Of a stretch of 64,000 nt of DNA, positions 26,761 to 39,855 are shown piece after piece. Source of the stretch: Callorhinchus milii. Taxonomy: Eukaryota. A model generated the notes under the pieces. The model had not been told where the DNA came from. It saw nothing but the letters and a program-made list of their open reading frames with translations, and searched no databases. Where the stretch lies: contig NW_024704742.1 of assembly GCF_018977255.1 (NCBI RefSeq), positions 40,426,001-40,490,000 of the forward strand. The letters are read 5' to 3'. Both the position numbers and the translations under genes were made by a program. The first letter of the stretch is position 1; each line of letters begins with the position of its first letter.

Positions 26761-29496
26761 CTCCACTTGATCTCTGCTAAGAGTCTCTCCTCACAACGTG
26801 GTTAATTCAGGCCCATTGATTTAGCTGTTTGTTTAGCATGAAAACACACTCTTTGAAGATGCCTCATCGGGCCCAGAGAAATGGGTCTTTGTGCACAATT
26901 TTACAACTCCACAGATTATCACCATTAATATTCTGAGATTCTTCCTCACGCAGTGAGATCTACTCGTGTCACAGATTTCGGAATCTAATTTACTTGTTTA
27001 CAATTTCACCAATCATCATTAGAAGAAGCCATTCGATAGAACTGCTATTTCCTGGTGCTCTCCAGCTCATTTCTAGCTCATACAGAGTGACCAAAAAGTC
27101 ATGATAACTACCTTATTAACTAAATAAAATCAACATTTCTTTAAGACTTATTAGACATGCAATGGTATCCCAATTTTTGGTCACCCTGTACGACCTGTTC
27201 TTTAATATTCTATTTTATTATCACATTCTTGTTTCAAGAGGGAAGTAAACAAGTACATGAAAGAAAAAGGCTTGGAGGGTTATGGGGATAGGGTGGGGGG
27301 TATGGGATTGAATGGATAGCTTGACTGAATCAGTGCTGACTCAATGGGCCAAATGGTCTCCTTCGGTGCTGTAAATGTCTCTGATTCTGTGATTTCAACA
27401 AAGCAAACAAAAATGTGTATATCCCTTGAGCTGCTATCTGCGATTAGAACTGCTCTGAACTTTGTGACACAGCTTTCACAGGATACTCTTCACATTTTAA
27501 TCTCTGAAGCTCCTGGACAAGCCAATCATTTCTAGATAATATGCTTTCCCATAACTGACATAGCAGAAAGAATTTTTATATTTTTATAGTGCCTTATCAC
27601 ATTAAAATGCCACAAAGCAATTTACACAAATTATTGGCAAGGTTAGGGTGTACGTTTTGGAGGCATATACAGCAAATCCACTCCGATCACTCACATGTGA
27701 TGGGACATGTTACTGGCTTGATTACACACCATACTTAGTGAAAGACACGGCTTCCAGTTGTATTAGCTATGTCACACTTTTGAGAATGATTGATTATGCA
27801 TTTATAGGACTACTACAAAACAGTTAGAAGTAATCACTAATTCAGAAGATATTTTAGCACCACTCTGCTGTTAGAGTACAGCATTTGAACAAGAATGTGA
27901 TAATAATTGAACCTGAGTGATTATTAGGAACAGGAGCTAAACCAATAGATTGATCAGAATGCAAACAATAAACTAAATTCCGCAGATTAAGATATTGGAG
28001 AAATGTCTCTTTCAGTATGTCAAGCTACTTATTTCTCTTCAGTGTAATTCAAAAGTTGTAGTATATTATAATTGACATATTTTTCATTGCTCAAAAGTAA
28101 GTAATATAACTTGCATTGCTTGCATTGAATAGAAACTATTACACATACAAACCAATATTTGAGACACTAGACACAAGACAATATTCTGTATTGCTACAAA
28201 TTCATGATTCTTAACCCAAATCCTTATATTCGGTGTAGTGCCTTTCACATCCAGGTGACATACCAAAGCCCTCCACTGTAAAGTGAATTGGTTGTGAGTT
28301 TTGTGAGCGAATGTGGCAAGCCAATTTGCACACAGTTATGTCCCCAAAACAACAACAAAGTGAATGACCAATTATATTTGAGAGATTTTTGGCCGGGACA
28401 TCAGAAGAAACTCTTTTCTCTTTTCAAATAGTACCATAGGATCTTCAAACTGAACAGCCAGATAGGGCCTTGATTTAGGGTTTCATCCAAAGGACAGCAC
28501 CAACAATGAAACACACCCCCAACACTGCACTGGGGTATCACCTTAGATTATACCAGTCCCAGTCCCGAAGTGGTACTTGAACCACAACCTCTGACTCCAG
28601 TTGGTCATAGCCACTAGTTCATAATTGGAAATAATTGTTACATACTTGTAACAGTAACAATAACAGAAATGATAATAACATTGAGGGTGATTTCACCATA
28701 TATTTCTTCTTCAAAATTGTGTCAAGAAAATAGATTTCAAAATGTACTTCTTTTACTAGGAAGTAAGAATAGTCAATCAAAAACCTGTGGACTTTATTGA
28801 TTATTTTCCATGTGCAAAGGTGACCAATGAATAAATTCAATGAATAAATTCTACGGAAGGCAATTGAAACACACATTTCTACCTGAGGCGGGAAGTGATT
28901 ATTGCAAATTTCCTTGGCACAAGTGTGAACACAACACAACCCAAGAATTGCAATTTCTGAAACCAGCATCTTTGCTTAGAGGACGACAGATTGGATTTCT
29001 GTTTCAATGTGATATCTGGCAACTGCTGTGTGAATGCATAAACAAACAAAAGTTACACCACAAATGCTCCTGTGAATTGTGGCCAGGTGGAATTAGGATG
29101 TGTAAGTGATATCTGCTTTCATAAAGACCTGACAAGAACATATTATTATTTTCTACTTAGTTTTACTTATGATTTCAGCCTAAGGATTTAAAACTGTGCA
29201 ATAAACATCTAGTTTCATCTAACTACATGCTCCTTTTAATGAAAAAAAAGGATAAATACGACATGCTCTAAATCCGCACTACAATAATCTTCCTATTTAG
29301 AGATGCCTATTTTCTGCATGCCTATTGGTATTCTGACATTGGGATCAAATATGCAATATTTCTAATAGGATTCTTTATCTCTGCTAAGGAAATAGATACG
29401 GTCAGAATAGAGTTCTCATGGGTAGATGCAACGTGCATTTGAAGTAGCATCTTTACCTCAGGAGGATGTGTCAGCACTTCAAATATTTTACTGGAA

Positions 29497-29940
29497 ACAA
29501 CAACATTTATAGAGCACCTTTCACGTCGGGAGGACTTCCCAAGGCGTTGGACAGTCAGTGGTCAGGACCCGAGCATGGGGGAGGAGTGGGGTAGGGGTGA
29601 GGGAAGGCAGAGAGGTGGGAGGGTGACCAAAGGCACGATCGAAGAGGTGGGTCTTGAGACCGGCCTTGAAGGAGGCAAAGGAGGAAGCGAGGCGAAGGGA
29701 CTGTGGGATGGAGTTCCAGAGTGTGGGGGCAGTGAGGCTGAAAGCTCGGCCACTGATGGTAGGGCTGGTCGGGCGGGAGACATGAAGCAGGCCGTAGCCC
29801 GCTGAACGGAGGGAGCGGGCAGATTGGTAGGGAGTCAGCAGGTCAGAGAGGTAGGAGGGAGCAAGGCCATGGATGGCCTTAAAAGCGAGGAAGAGGATCT
29901 TGAATTCGATCCTCTGAGGGATGGGAAGCCAGTGTAGTCG
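29497..29940 (-). mobile_element. L2 LINE 3' fragment
   Basis: Reverse complement of the same L2 family as 2960-3250. Confidence 0.85.
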
Positions 29941-29957
29941 TAAAGTTATTCTATTTC

Positions 29958-30470
29958 AATAATAATAATAATAACCCTTGCATTTGATATAGCGCGTTTC
30001 ACGTCTTCTACATGTCTCAAAGCGCTTCACAGAATATACTGTAAAGTGAATTGACTGCATATTTGTGGGCGAAACGCAGCAGTCAATTGCTCACAGCAGT
30101 GTCCCACAAACAGTCGTGGATTGAAGTGACCAATTCATTATTGATTTTTTTTTCTTGAGGGATTATTATTAAATTTGTGGAGTAAGGACATTTGCCCAAA
30201 GTTTTGCCCTGCTGGGAATCAATCCCAGGTCTCTCACTTGCGAGGTAAGTGCTCTACTGAGCTACTGGATTCCACAAAAATAAATTGGTCATTTCCATCC
30301 ACGACTGTTTGTGGGTCGCTGCTGTGCGCAATTGGCTGCCCCGTTTCGCCCACAAAATATACATTCAATTCACATTACAATATATTCTGTGAAGCGCTTT
30401 GAGATGTCTCAAAGACGTGATGAGGTGCTATATCAAATGCAAGGATTAATATTATTACTATTATTATTTG
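29958..30470. mobile_element. Two adjacent tRNA-SINEs in opposite orientation (minus copy 29958-30275, plus 3' half 30278-30470)
   Basis: Both match the 6186 family body and tail. Confidence 0.85.
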
Positions 30471-31884
30471 TAGGCACACGTATGCACAGCAATGTTCCAC
30501 AAACAGTTTGAAATGAATGACCAATTTTCTTTCACATCCATCTGAACAGCCAGGCGGAACCTTGTGTGAAAATCTCATCTGCAGGATGACAGCACCTCAG
30601 ACAATTGTCAGCATAGACAATTAATTTAAAATTAATTTAAAATCCAGACATGGGTCTTGAACTCGCAACCTTTTGACTCAGAGGTGAGAGTATTACCAAA
30701 TGAACCTGGCTGATAATACCTCCTATAGGAATTTACTATCAAATTTATAGCTTTTCAAAACAGTCTGAGCTGTTGGATTACCACAAGGAATATGTTATGA
30801 GCAGTTGCAAATTTCACCCTAGTTCCAAGCTTAATGATTACCTAACAAGTTGTCATGCAAACAGAATAATGCTAAATTTGGTTCTGAAGTAATCACTGGA
30901 GTCAGCGCTCAAAGGCACTATGCTTTCCCTGTGAAGGGCACTATATAAAATGCAAGTTGGTGCTCTTGTATTTGCAGAAAATAAGAGCAAACTTTGAAGT
31001 TTGTCAATACTGAAAACTGTGTCCTTCATTGAAGTTCAATGTTAGGAGAGATAGAACACACTTGCTTACTTCAGAGGAAGTAACAATGTGAAACAGTCCG
31101 TTTCTCAATGTACTTAGTCACTGTACTAATAAGAAGAGTGTGTCCTGTATGTCAATTGTTATTCAACATGATAACTAATGTCGCGGTTTTATCAGGCAGC
31201 AACATTTGTAGACCGATTTAAGAAATGTCATGATGACTGATGTTTTAAACAATACCATGAATTTCATAGAAGGGAGCGTAATGAAGTAAGACATTTGATT
31301 TGTTACCTGAAAAAAAAACTGCACTGCAATTTCAATTTAGTTATTAATATAAAAACCCATGCTATTAAGTCAAATGTTATTAGTCGACTTGGTATGTTTA
31401 CCTTACTCTAAGCATCTGGAGATAAAAATGCAGTGGAATCCTGTTATGATAAATTGTGAAAGAAAAAATAATCAGATATAGCTGGATACAATTTCAAGTA
31501 ACATGTAATGTAGCATCAACTCTTTTTATTGGGAGTCTACTGTTGTCAGGTATTAAATTGAAGTCCTGTCTGCCTGTTCAGGTGGACCGGAACAATGCAT
31601 ATTTATAAAGCACCTTTCGGGTCCAGAGGATATCTCACTCAGAGCCTGAGCTGGGGAAAGATGGAGTGGAGGAGGGTGGAGGAAAAGATTATCAAAAGCG
31701 CAATATGAAAGATTTAAAAGATCTAAAATCCCATGGCACAGTTCAAAAAGAGACTGGAGTTCCTTCTGATGACCTGTCCAACAATCCCACAAATACAATT
31801 CCCCATTCATTTCATTGGTTGTTTGTGGGATATTATTGTGTGCAAATTGACAGACACGTTTGCCTACAAATGCATATAACAGCA

Positions 31885-32370
31885 TTTTATATACATGTAA
31901 TAAAGATGAAATGTCTGTGTGTCTGTCTGTGTATCCGACAATAAGGCAATAACCAATTGACTTAGAGACATGTTTTATACCTCATTGGAAAGGTCTTGCA
32001 TGTGTGAGTGTCATGGGCATTTTCTTTTCAGAGGTCTCATATCGTTGTTGAGTGTTGAGCTATATTTTAAAAATGCTTTAATTATACCCCAAAGTATGAG
32101 GTATGCATGATTTCTGCAACAGAGTAGCTACAGAGGAAAGCACACATATTCTGCAACAAATGTATGTCAGTTTTTTTGCCTTGCAATAACTCAAGGACAC
32201 ACCGGATCACACAGTGAACTCCTTCAGTTAGCGTAGTTTTGATAGGAGTCCTCCCACAGGAGTCCTCTCAGCTGAGTATAGATAAAGACGAAATGTGTAT
32301 TTCTGTCTGTGTGTCAATCTACATTCCATATTAGATCTTTGGTTGCAAGCGAAGCTGCAACGGGTATTTC
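31885..32370 (+). mobile_element. Non-autonomous Helitron-like element
   Basis: 5' TATATAC...AATAAAGATGAAATGTCTGTGTGTCTGTCTG with a short CTGT microsatellite, and 3' hairpin TTGCAAGC-GAA-GCTGCAA about 10 nt before the end. A second copy is at 10149-10700. Confidence 0.5.
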
Positions 32371-35300
32371 TCTCCATGCATATATTTACTGTGGCTTGAG
32401 TCAACCATGTGCAAACATGTTTGTATAGAGAGAATTACAGGTACCTACATTATGTAATTAACTCCTGTTAAGGATTATAAAACTTCCTGGGATTATATTC
32501 ACTGGTTGTTAATTCATAATGAAGGGCATCTGTAATACCCTCAGCACACGTGTGTTTTGCACATGGTTAGCCCATCCCTCAAATTGTGCATTATAGGTCA
32601 TTAATCCAAGCCATGAATTAAGACTCCATAAAACTTTTAATTCTCTTCAGAAGACATATAAGAGTGTCAATATGAGGTAAGATGGTTTCCCGACAAGGGG
32701 CACAGAAACTCTATGTTGGCAATAACAATGGTGATGCTGAAATGTGTCTGGTTTCGGGCCCTATCATTTGCTGAAGTCAGATTCACAAACTGACTGGAAA
32801 TCTTGATGACCCATAAATATGTTGCATTCAATGTTCAGCCCATAATAAGAAATAGTGAATACTAGATTTTGGAATATAGTTAGCAAACCAAATGTGAATA
32901 CCCCAGACGTAAATACATGTGTTTTCAAATACTCACAAACAAAATTAACGTTTAAGATGATTTGCTGGGAAATGTTATTTGTAGCCATCACAATAGTTAC
33001 TGTACAAGGTCAGGTTTCCTGCTAAACTCTCATTTGCTATCTTTTTAGGCTGAATACAACTTCTTGTCTTAAATTAGCATCCACAGCTGCAGACTGGATG
33101 CATATAAAGTGTGTCCTTAATTGTTCTGTAGCATGAAGTGCTGGGTGCACACCAGAGTGAGAAACAATTTCAGCGTAATGGTCTACTTCTTTTCACAAAG
33201 AAAAAAAAAGAAAATTTGAGTCATTTGTTCACAATATTCTCGATGTAAATCCTTTTTTTCCATGAAATTTATAACTGAAGTTTTCGGGTATTTTATTAAT
33301 AACGTTTAAGTTTTGGTTGCCTTTAATTTATAAGCATAGATATTGCGATAGCAATTATACAGTAGTAGGACATGCTGTACTGCAGCAGCAAATGAGCTGA
33401 TGCATAAGCATAATTTTCTGCATTAGTATGCTGACATGTTTCAAAGTATAACAGATGACTACTCATTCTTAACTAAGCAAGCATTTTGTAGGCAGTATAT
33501 TTAGTTGCTTAATGTAGTTTTATAGTGGCATTGTACTATGGACAATTTTAACACTTTGAAGCTCTTTGCATTAGGTTCGATTAAATTGTACGTTCCTGAA
33601 TCACTATTCAATAAATACGAAGTCCTAAATTAGAAAATTGGAGGCCTGTGTACAATTGTCCAGACAGTGATAGAGTAAAATCCCAATCACTCTTACACCA
33701 TCTGTTGACACAGGCCTGTGTGTCTGTGTGTGGTACAGCTGACAGACGCACATTCAGTGCCATCAAATTGTGCTGAATCAGCATTGATAGAAAATGAAAG
33801 ACCTGATTCTACAGGCCGGACACTCAGAAGACAGCGAGCACCACAGCTGAGAGGCCTATCACAACGATACATAATTATACCAAATGTTATCATTATGACT
33901 AGCTCCTTCACCCCAGGCTTAAATATTATAATCAGGCAAACAATGAAAAGTGCAGATTACAGAAGACGAGCTTCACAACCACAATGCCAACAGCTGCAGT
34001 TCTATTTCAGTCAGAGTCTCGACTGGTAATAACTCGTGTGTAACTGTTTACCGCTATGAGGGGAAAGCACACTGGAGCAACGAAAATCCTGCTAATTATG
34101 TTACTGATCATTATTCATAGTGGATCTGGAAAGTTATCCTTGTACTGCCTGCTTAAAATATATTATATTGACTACAAGTCATTTACATTTTATGGAAAAT
34201 ATAAAATATATGTTCATAAGCATTTCTCTTTTGATTTATTTTTAAAATAGGAAAATCCTGAAGTACACTTTTAAATTCAGGGCATTTAAAATGCCCAAAT
34301 AGGAACAAGGGATGCGAACGACAGATGTAACAGTTGAGATGGTCTCTTCTCCACATGAATTGTACACAGTTACCTCAGGGTCTAAATTGGGATATTTCTG
34401 AATAAGGAATTTGAACCTTGCAAATAGGGATTCCTTCCCATAACTAGAACAACATCATGCTGACCTGTAGAAACTCGGCTCCAATCCAATCTATTTCAAG
34501 AGCAGTTTCTGTGGACAGGAATTCTAACAGGATTCTTATTGAGAAAACTTGTTAGGAAATACGGTTAATAATAATAATCTTTGCACCTTGATACAGCGTC
34601 TTTCACGTCAGTAGGGCTTCTCAAAGTGTTTCACATGATTTATACTAATAATAATCCATGCATTTGATATAGTGCCTTATCACATCGTTGAGATGTCTCA
34701 AAGTGTTTCACAGGATATACTGTAAAGTGGATTGTCTGTGTATTTTGTGTGTATCTGTATATTTACTGAAAATTGTAGGCATTGTGTAGGTATTTAGCAG
34801 GAAAATGCAGCAGTTAATTTGGGCACAGCAATGTCCCACAAATAGCCATGAAGTGAATTTGATTCAAGTTAGAATTTTTTTCATTGCAGAAATCAACTCT
34901 TAAACTTGGGTATATAAAACAGTGATGCTTGGGAACATTTAAACAAGAACATATCATTAAATTGCATTGCACTCAAGATTGCTGCAATAGTATATTTTAT
35001 TATTGTTAAACAATGGCATTAAATACCAAAATAATAAGGAATTGCTCACATATGTGATCTTTTCATATTTCAAACAGAACGTTTACTTTTTATAAACATT
35101 TTTGCGAATGGCTCCTCCAATGTAATTATTTTAACTGGAATCATTTCATATGAAAACAGATTGAGAGTGGATTTTTAACTCAAACTTGTCTAAAAGCCGC
35201 AGCCTGGCAGCTGGCTGACAGCCCATTATCTGTGTCTGGTCCTGTCTGGCTAATTACAGCCACAGATTACTCAGCATTAAACAGCACCATCACCTGCCTC

Positions 35301-37974
35301 AGCCTGACACATTTATTCCATCTGTGCCACATGGCCAAAGCACAGATCTGGCACTGGATCAGCAAGAGGGGCAAATAGCCCTTAATAGGAGGTGAACGTG
35401 TGTTCAGAGACAGCTGACAGTTATCTGTCAGGGGCCATGCCTGGACAACTGGGTGGATGCAGGGAGGAACCAATTCAAAATATTTAATATTACACATGGA
35501 TAGTTTATTGAGCCACATGACTTTTTTTTTGGATCTCAGATAGTTCTGTACCCCAAACAACAACAATAAATTACATATGTATAGCGCAAATGTTTCTAAA
35601 CTGAACACGGAAACGTTTTGTATTCAACATGCGTAAAATTTTGCAATCTGTAAAATTTGTTTGATGCAGTCAGGTTGTTTTGTTTTAGATTTTCAGAAAA
35701 CGTTTTCTTATTTTCAACACTTTGTGATGGTTTATTGAACAGCAGAACTTTTTAATATCTCTCGAGCTATGAATAATATTAATAATTGTTCAGTGCTCTT
35801 TTTAATTGCATTACATTTGAAAAGAACTATTTCACATTTCCACTAAGTCATTAAGAGTGTCGTAATTCTTTCTTAGTCAGGGTTTAATTATTCCAATGGC
35901 CTGCACACCAGACTCCTCAACCAGCTACTCCCAACATAAGTTGCAAGCCATTCCAGAGCTCTGCAATCATGTAGTCTCCTACACTCCAGCTTTGATAGGC
36001 ACCGGCCTATCAGCCCCAACCTCTCTCAGTCTTCACAGGTTCCCCATCCCCGGCAGATTTAATAATAATAATAATCCTTGCATTTGATATAGCGCTTTTC
36101 ACGTCTTCTAGAAGTCTCAAAGTGCTTCACAGAAAAGACTAAAGTGAATTGACTGTATATTTGTGGGTGAAATGCGGCAGCCAATTGCGCACAGCAGTGT
36201 CAAACAGATTTAATTCAAGATACTCATAGTCCCTTTCCCAGAAACTTGTCCACTGCTTCTTGGAACCCTTGTTCCACCATATTTGCAGATTATTCCACAT
36301 GGTTATCTTATTGGACTGAAAAATAATTATCTTGCCCTTCTTATTTGGTTTTGTTGTCCTTATTGTGAAGCTATGACTGCTTGCTTTTGAATCTTGTACA
36401 CGGCAAAATAACTTCACGTCACCCAAATGTTCCAAATCATTCATGGTTTTAAACACCTCTATCACAATTCCCATTTCCCCTCAGTCTTTTCTCTTCCTGT
36501 ACAATTATCTACGGATAATATATTGCTGTCTGATAAAACTTAGACAAATGAAACTCGAAGAACTTCCTGTTAGCTTACTTTACAGACATAATAGGAGTAC
36601 TCTTGCACATAATGGAAAATATTTTTCATGATTGTTGTCAGTGGATTTATTTTTGTTAAACGCGGTTACAAATATCTGGAATTACTTCTTAAGCCAAAAC
36701 ACCCAACAAAACATTATGTGACTTCACCAGTATCTCTTCTTGCTGAGAGGCAGACAGATTTGATCTAAGGCCAACTCTAGTGTCACATCAGGCACCCATT
36801 ATCATTACACGGCACTGACACTGTTTTGAAACTCTTGGCTGGAGTGTAGAGGGAGTTACATGCCAAATTCTAGTCTGCACAAATCATACTTCAAGCAGGT
36901 TGTAAGATTGAAATGTGTTTTAAAATGCTTGTTTGTTTTGACTGTTTAGATATATTAAAAAAAATTATTGAAAGACTTGGAGATACTTGATAGTCATACA
37001 TTATAATTTGCACAGACAATGCCTTTGTAAAATACTACAGCAAAGGTAATAACTGGCTACTAAACACTGCTCTGCTATTGCCATTGTGACAGCAGGAAGT
37101 TAAAGCCTGGTGAAATTCACAACCAAGCAATTTGCATATTAAAATAATAATAATTATTATTATTACAATTATAATAAACTACAATTATTATTATCATTAT
37201 ATTTGATATGGCACCTCTCAAATCAAAAGGACATTGCAAAACAATTCACAGTGTATACTATAAAGTGTAATGACTGTCTAATTTCTGGGTTAATTATTTT
37301 TACTTTCTTTTCCTCTGCAGGGAAATTTGGGAGATTTTACACAACAAAAACTAGATTTCTAGCAGGTTCATTCAAAATGGTTTAAAAAAGGAGGATTTTA
37401 CAAACTAAGTTAATCATAAAAACCCTGAATTTCCATTTAATAATTACCCTCGTATACAATTATGTTTTTACATGAATAAACAAGGTTACTGCTAAATTGC
37501 TGTGAGATGTAACATTTTGAGTAAAATGAATGATGAAAACCATGAGTAGATTTCCACAATGAATAGGAGATGGAACTGTTAAGGATCCCTCTTAATTACA
37601 GAGAGATTGCAATTGCTTATATAAAGATGTTATATAGCCTGGATATTTGCCAGCCTAGCTCTCACAGCTGCCTTCAGCCATCGTTCAAAACTATATATTG
37701 CGTACAAATAAAATAAATCTTTCTTTGTGAAAAAAACGCTTGTCCCTATTCCCGCTCCCCACACCCATCCCTTCACCCCAACCCCACAGCAGAACATTTT
37801 TACGGATAATATATTGCTAACTGATAAAATTTAAACAAGTGAAACTCGCAGAACTTCCTGTTAGATTACTTTAGCTCTTGTTAGGCCTTTACAGTTCACT
37901 TTTTTGTGTCTTTCTACAGGTTCATGAAAACAGATCAAATTAATATGCACATTGAGAAAGTTGGAATTAACTTA

Positions 37975-38280
37975 CGCCAACTTCTGAGAGAGAAGTAGAT
38001 AATTATTTGAGGAAGACAAGTTTGCAGGGGAATGGGATTCATTTGGATAACTCTTTTCAAAGAGCCGGCACAGACACATTGGGCTGAATGGCCTCCTTCT
38101 GTGCTGTATAATTCTATAATTATAACTGCTGTGCGCAATTGGCTGCCGCGTTCGCCCACAAATATACAGTCAATTCACTTTACAGTGTGTTCTGTGAAGC
38201 GCTTTGGGACGTCCTCCCGACGTGAAAAGCGCTATATCAAATGCAAGGATTATTATTATTATTATAATTCTATGATCTTG
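37975..38280 (+). mobile_element. CR1 3' end with a truncated tRNA-SINE nested in its tail
   Basis: CR1 end ...CCTTCTGTGCTGTATAATTCTAT, then the SINE 3' half at 38127-38265, then ATAATTCTATGAT resumes. Confidence 0.75.
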
Positions 38281-38914
38281 TGTTTTGTTCATTGCCTTCT
38301 TCTTAGTCTGCAAATTCCGTTAGCCTGGATATCCTGCAATAAATTATGCAGTGTTGTCTTAAGTAGCATGGATTCCTGCAGCGTAGTGGTTAGAGCACTC
38401 GTCTCACAAGGACCCAGGTTCGATTCACGGGTGGGGAAACCTTAGGTACGTTTCCTTACTCCACACGCCTCTGTTTACCTAGCAGTAGGTAGGAACCCAG
38501 TTGTTAGTCGATTGGTGGATTGCTTTTCCAGGGGTAATAATCCTTCCAACATCTCATCTGAAGTATTGTACCTTCAACAATCCAGCACACCCCAGCAGTG
38601 TATTGGAGTGTCAGCCTGTTCAAAGTCCTGTCTTCAGAAATCAGACAACAACCTGGAAATACCAAATATCTTGTGTAAATAAAATAATTTCCACAGTACA
38701 CATCATTTCCTGACAGAGTGCAAGCAAATGACAAAGGCTGTCAGCATGCTCCCTGCTGTCTGAACCCCCTCACCTGTCCCCATGAAATGTCCACCTCTGT
38801 TAGAGACCATGGCTAGAGTAGACACGCATAGATTTTTCTGTTAGACTGACAGAACACTTTAGAGCCTGTGTTCTTTCTGTGACAATCTCAAAAACAAAAA
38901 ACGAAAACAAAAAA

Positions 38915-39137
38915 TTTGGTCACTCAATCCATGACTGTTTGTGGGACACTGCTGTGCGCAATTGGCTGCTGTGTTTCGCCCACAAACATACAGTCAATTC
39001 ACTTTACAGTATATTCTGTGAAGTGCTTTGAGACGTCTAGAAGATGTGATAAGTCGCTATATCAAATGCAAGGATTATTATTATTATTGTTATTATGATT
39101 ATTATTATTATTGTTATTATTATTATTATTATGTTAT
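38915..39137 (+). mobile_element. SINE 3' half with an expanded (ATT)n microsatellite tail
   Basis: Matches the SINE body, with about 60 nt of imperfect ATT repeats. Confidence 0.8.
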
Positions 39138-39534
39138 TGTGCTTCTCAAAATGCTGCTTTTGGCCTAGTTGTCAGAAAGTTCACAGGACTAATATGGGTT
39201 AATACTCTGTCTTTTTAATTGATTTCTTTCTTCCTCTGGGAAAACATCTAATTTTGCTCAGCTCCCTTCCCCCTCTCGTCTAACTAAGATTGAGAACTCA
39301 TTTTGAGCCTGATATCTCTCTTCCAATTAAAATAATAAAACCGGTAATTATATTTTCAAAGCAATATTAATAATATAATCCCATTTGTGAGAAAAAAAAT
39401 ATTCCTTGGATTTTATAGAGCGTTTCAACTCAGGCGATGCCTCAAAGCATTTCCCTGGTCTGATTGTTAAGTGTAATGATTTTGTATTTTGTAGGTGAAC
39501 ACAACAGCCAATTTTCAAATAGTGATGTCCCACA

Positions 39535-39855
39535 AGAACAACAACAAATTGCATTTATATAGCACCTTTCATCTCAGGTGGACATCCCAAGGCACTGTAT
39601 ATCAAGGGTTTGCACCCAAACTAGAGATTGGTGGGGACCAAGGGAGGTGAGGAGGTGGGGAGGGGAAGGTGACCAAAGTCGCAGTCAAAGAGGAGATAGA
39701 CCTTGAAGGAGGCAAGAGAAGGGTGAGGTGGTGCAAGTCCAGAATGGAGTTCCAAAGAGTGAGGGCATATAAGCTGAAAGCCCAACTGCTGGTGGTGGGG
39801 TGGGTAGGGTAAGGGACTTGAAGCAGGCCAAACAGAGGGGGCAGATGGATTGGTA
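39535..39855 (-). mobile_element. Degraded L2 3' fragment
   Basis: Reverse-strand L2 tail and ORF2 remnant. Confidence 0.65.
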
